From contig NW_003314292.1 of assembly GCF_000143415.4 (NCBI RefSeq), forward strand, positions 471,538 to 535,537: a stretch of DNA of 64,000 nt, in the 5' to 3' direction. The DNA comes from Selaginella moellendorffii. Its lineage: Eukaryota; Plantae; Lycopodiophyta. The translations under genes and the position numbers were made by a program. Shown here one piece after another: positions 61,319 to 64,000 of the stretch (positions are counted from its first letter, which is position 1; the number at the start of each line of letters is the position of its first letter). The notes beneath the pieces were generated by a model that was not told the origin of the DNA, did no database searches, and saw only the letters and a list, made by a program, of their open reading frames with translations.

Positions 61319-63849
61319 ACATCTTCGATTGGGTAGAGTGATCTTGTCCTCACGCCATCATCACAAGCTGTCGACTTCACTCTTAGAGCATTGTTGATGC
61401 AAAATTTCTTTTGGGCACCTCCATTGGCACTGCACTACATCTCTTAGTTGCCTAACCCCAAGTTTTTTGCCTATAATTTTCACGAATGACAAAAATGCCT
61501 AAGCAAGATGAGCATGTGGAGGAAATCTCATCCGATGATGAGGAGTTTGATTATGGCCAAGTAAAACTGTCTAAAGAGCTTATGCTTTCTCTTTATGATA
61601 AGTTTTGGCTTAATGTTTTTGGGTTATTTGCCTATGTAAAGCTACTTGAAGGAGAAATATCGATTGAACAAGGGATCAAGCTCATGCAGAAGTGGTACAT
61701 AGCGGAGCATGCTTTTCTTTCTGCAATCGAGTCCATCCCTTTAGACTCACCTAGTTTGCTCAAATTTTTCACCTAGACAATGAGGGTGAAATAATTAAGA
61801 TGAGTAAAAAGGATTGCATGCCCGATCAATACATCCTCCCAAAAAACACATTCGAATGAGGATGCATTTTCACCTACTTGAAGCCCAACTATCATGCTAG
61901 ACTTAAAGTGTTGTGTGCCATCATCAATGGGAGGACAGTTGTGCAAAATGCTAGCATTAAGATAACTTGCCTATTAGAAGCTATTGAGACTAAATGGTAA
62001 ATAAACATAGCTCATTTTGCCTATAATAGATTTGTGGTTGAAATGAAAAATGTTGTCTTATAGATGGGCAAGGGAAGGCAAATGAAAATAGGAGTTTTCA
62101 TCTTTTTGTGATGCATCTACGAGAACTACACTACTCAGGAGAATTCCACACCTCACCTTGCCATTGAGCTACCACCTCCGTATCTCCTTCGATGTGGATG
62201 TGGAGAAAAATCCCGATAATATGGATTCAAGCAAGGAAAATTCTCCCCTAAAAAAAAAACTCCACCTAGATCCAAAAATCAAGCTGCAAGACCTCCAAAG
62301 CTCATTTTGCAGAAATCCAATGGCCAAGTATGCCATGGAAAAGCTAGATGCAGCAAGTATAGTGATAAAACATCATGCCGGATTAGGAACAAAGTCATGA
62401 CTCATCTATGTCTATAGAGACAACTTTGATGCCAACAAAAATCTCTCCAAGCATCAGAGAAGTGATGAGTACACAAACAGACAACACTAGGTAAACAATG
62501 GATGCTAAAGTTGTGGAAGAAATTCCAAAACTTAGGCCACAAAGTCCAACACATGATACATATATAGATGTTGCAAAACTATTGGTTGTAGATACAACTA
62601 ATGAAGTGAGTTTAGGCTAAGAAGATCACGGCTAAGAAACTCAATGGGACAAAGAAGACGAGGCTACAAAAAAAGGTCTAGGTGAACTAGAGGAGTACAA
62701 ACTAAGTTTTCTCTAGTCCACCTACGCATCCAACAGCGACACACCCTCAATTGACAAGTCTAACAAGATGAGGCAGCCATAGTAGTAGTAGACACCACAG
62801 TAGCACTACAAGGTCAAGGCTAGCCACACCTTTGTGCACAAGTCCGTGAGTCAGTCTAGCAAGCTAGCAGCTTGAAGCTTTATGGAGGAGCTCACTCAAC
62901 ATATCAAGGGAGGAGGCAAGCAGCCAGTTAACAAGTCAATGTAGCCAGTGGAAAATGAAAAACAACAAAATATCATGTATAGGTCTTGAACTACCTCAAG
63001 ACAATCACCAAGAAAGTGGATGGAGTCATAGGCTAGCAGAATCATCAATGACATATAATCCAAGAACTCAAGAGCACAATCTCAATTTCCACATCCACTG
63101 ATGCAAAGCACATCAGCTGCTAGGACCAATGCATTGCTATACTCAACTAGGAGAATCAAATCATGCATTAAGAACTCAACGATTTATGCTAATGCATTGA
63201 GTTTGTTACTATAAAGATTAAGCTTAGCAACCTGGAGCAAGATTTGGAGAATCCGACTGCCTGAGGACAAACAATAGCTGGGAGTGATGAAAAGGTAAAT
63301 GTTTTATTTTGTGTATATTCCTAGGTAGAGCAAAAAAAGAAACCTAATTACACTTAATCTTAGGTATCTAAAAAGAAAAACTTGACCTAGATGAAAAGTA
63401 GTTAGGAATGGTTATAAAATCATATAGTATATAAGTAACATTTAGAGATGTTGAAAAATAACCCCCACTCACTATTGTATGCATTTGCATTGAATTAATC
63501 ATCTTTCCTCTCGCCTATAACTGTTTGTGCAAAGTAAAGTTGAAAAAGTGACACATACTTATTTTTACTCACGCTTTTGGGGTTCAAGGTTGAGTTCTCT
63601 TTTATTCTCTTCTCAATCTTCTCTTCTTCTTCTCTTCTCCTAAATTCTTGTCTTTGTTTGTTTGTCACTATTTTGCAGGCAGGTAGTGAGTATATATATA
63701 TTGCAAGTATAGATCAAAGTTTCAACATATGCATGTATAGAAGCCTACTAAAATTGTTGTTGAACCAATTTCAATGTCTTACAAAGACCAAAATGCCCTA
63801 CTGCTAAGGTGTTATGGCATGCTTTGACAACATGTAACTGCATTTTGAC

Positions 63850-63851
<2 letters not shown>

Positions 63852-63887
<36 letters not shown>

Positions 63888-63914
63888 AGGGCCACGTGTA
63901 TGGCTATATATATA

Positions 63915-63977
<63 letters not shown>

Positions 63978-63985
63978 ATATATAT
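63852..63985. repeat. (TA)n microsatellite, interrupted
   Basis: Directly visible. Confidence 0.95.
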
Positions 63986-64000
63986 GTAGGTATGTGAGTG

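Noticed and set aside
61486-63300. ORF fragments right of the solo LTR, and decayed sequence at 56500-58360
   Set aside because: Probably old TE-derived coding debris; no motif I can name with support.

Overview
Eukaryotic land-plant nuclear DNA. The ~50-70 bp GT-AG introns, very tight gene spacing and PPR style fit a compact lycophyte genome such as Selaginella (inference). Layout: (1) 1-6.3 kb, a decayed Ty3/Gypsy element (minus strand, 165-bp LTR) interrupted by a 1.7-kb LTR of another family. (2) 8-28 kb, a dense gene island: a cysteine-rich peptide pseudogene, long-form tRNase Z, a PLS/E PPR with an extra N-terminal domain, an Ole e 1/PAC proline-rich protein, a DHHC S-acyltransferase, an intact secreted cysteine-rich peptide gene with three CCxKNGYGCxxxC repeats, a U-box/ARM ligase, ARF1, CCB1, HY5 and a D-arm-less tRNA-Leu. 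(3) 31.4-44.5 kb, a three-LTR, ORF-less retroelement complex under one CCATT target-site duplication. (4) A ~4-kb local duplication carrying two COPT/Ctr copper transporters, with a divergent SWEET-like 7-TM gene between them. (5) 55-64 kb, TE debris, a solo LTR and a (TA)n tract. The best candidates for new biology are the repeat-built NGYG cysteine-rich peptide family and the FGRHAG-domain PPR packed head-to-tail against a motif-variant tRNase Z.
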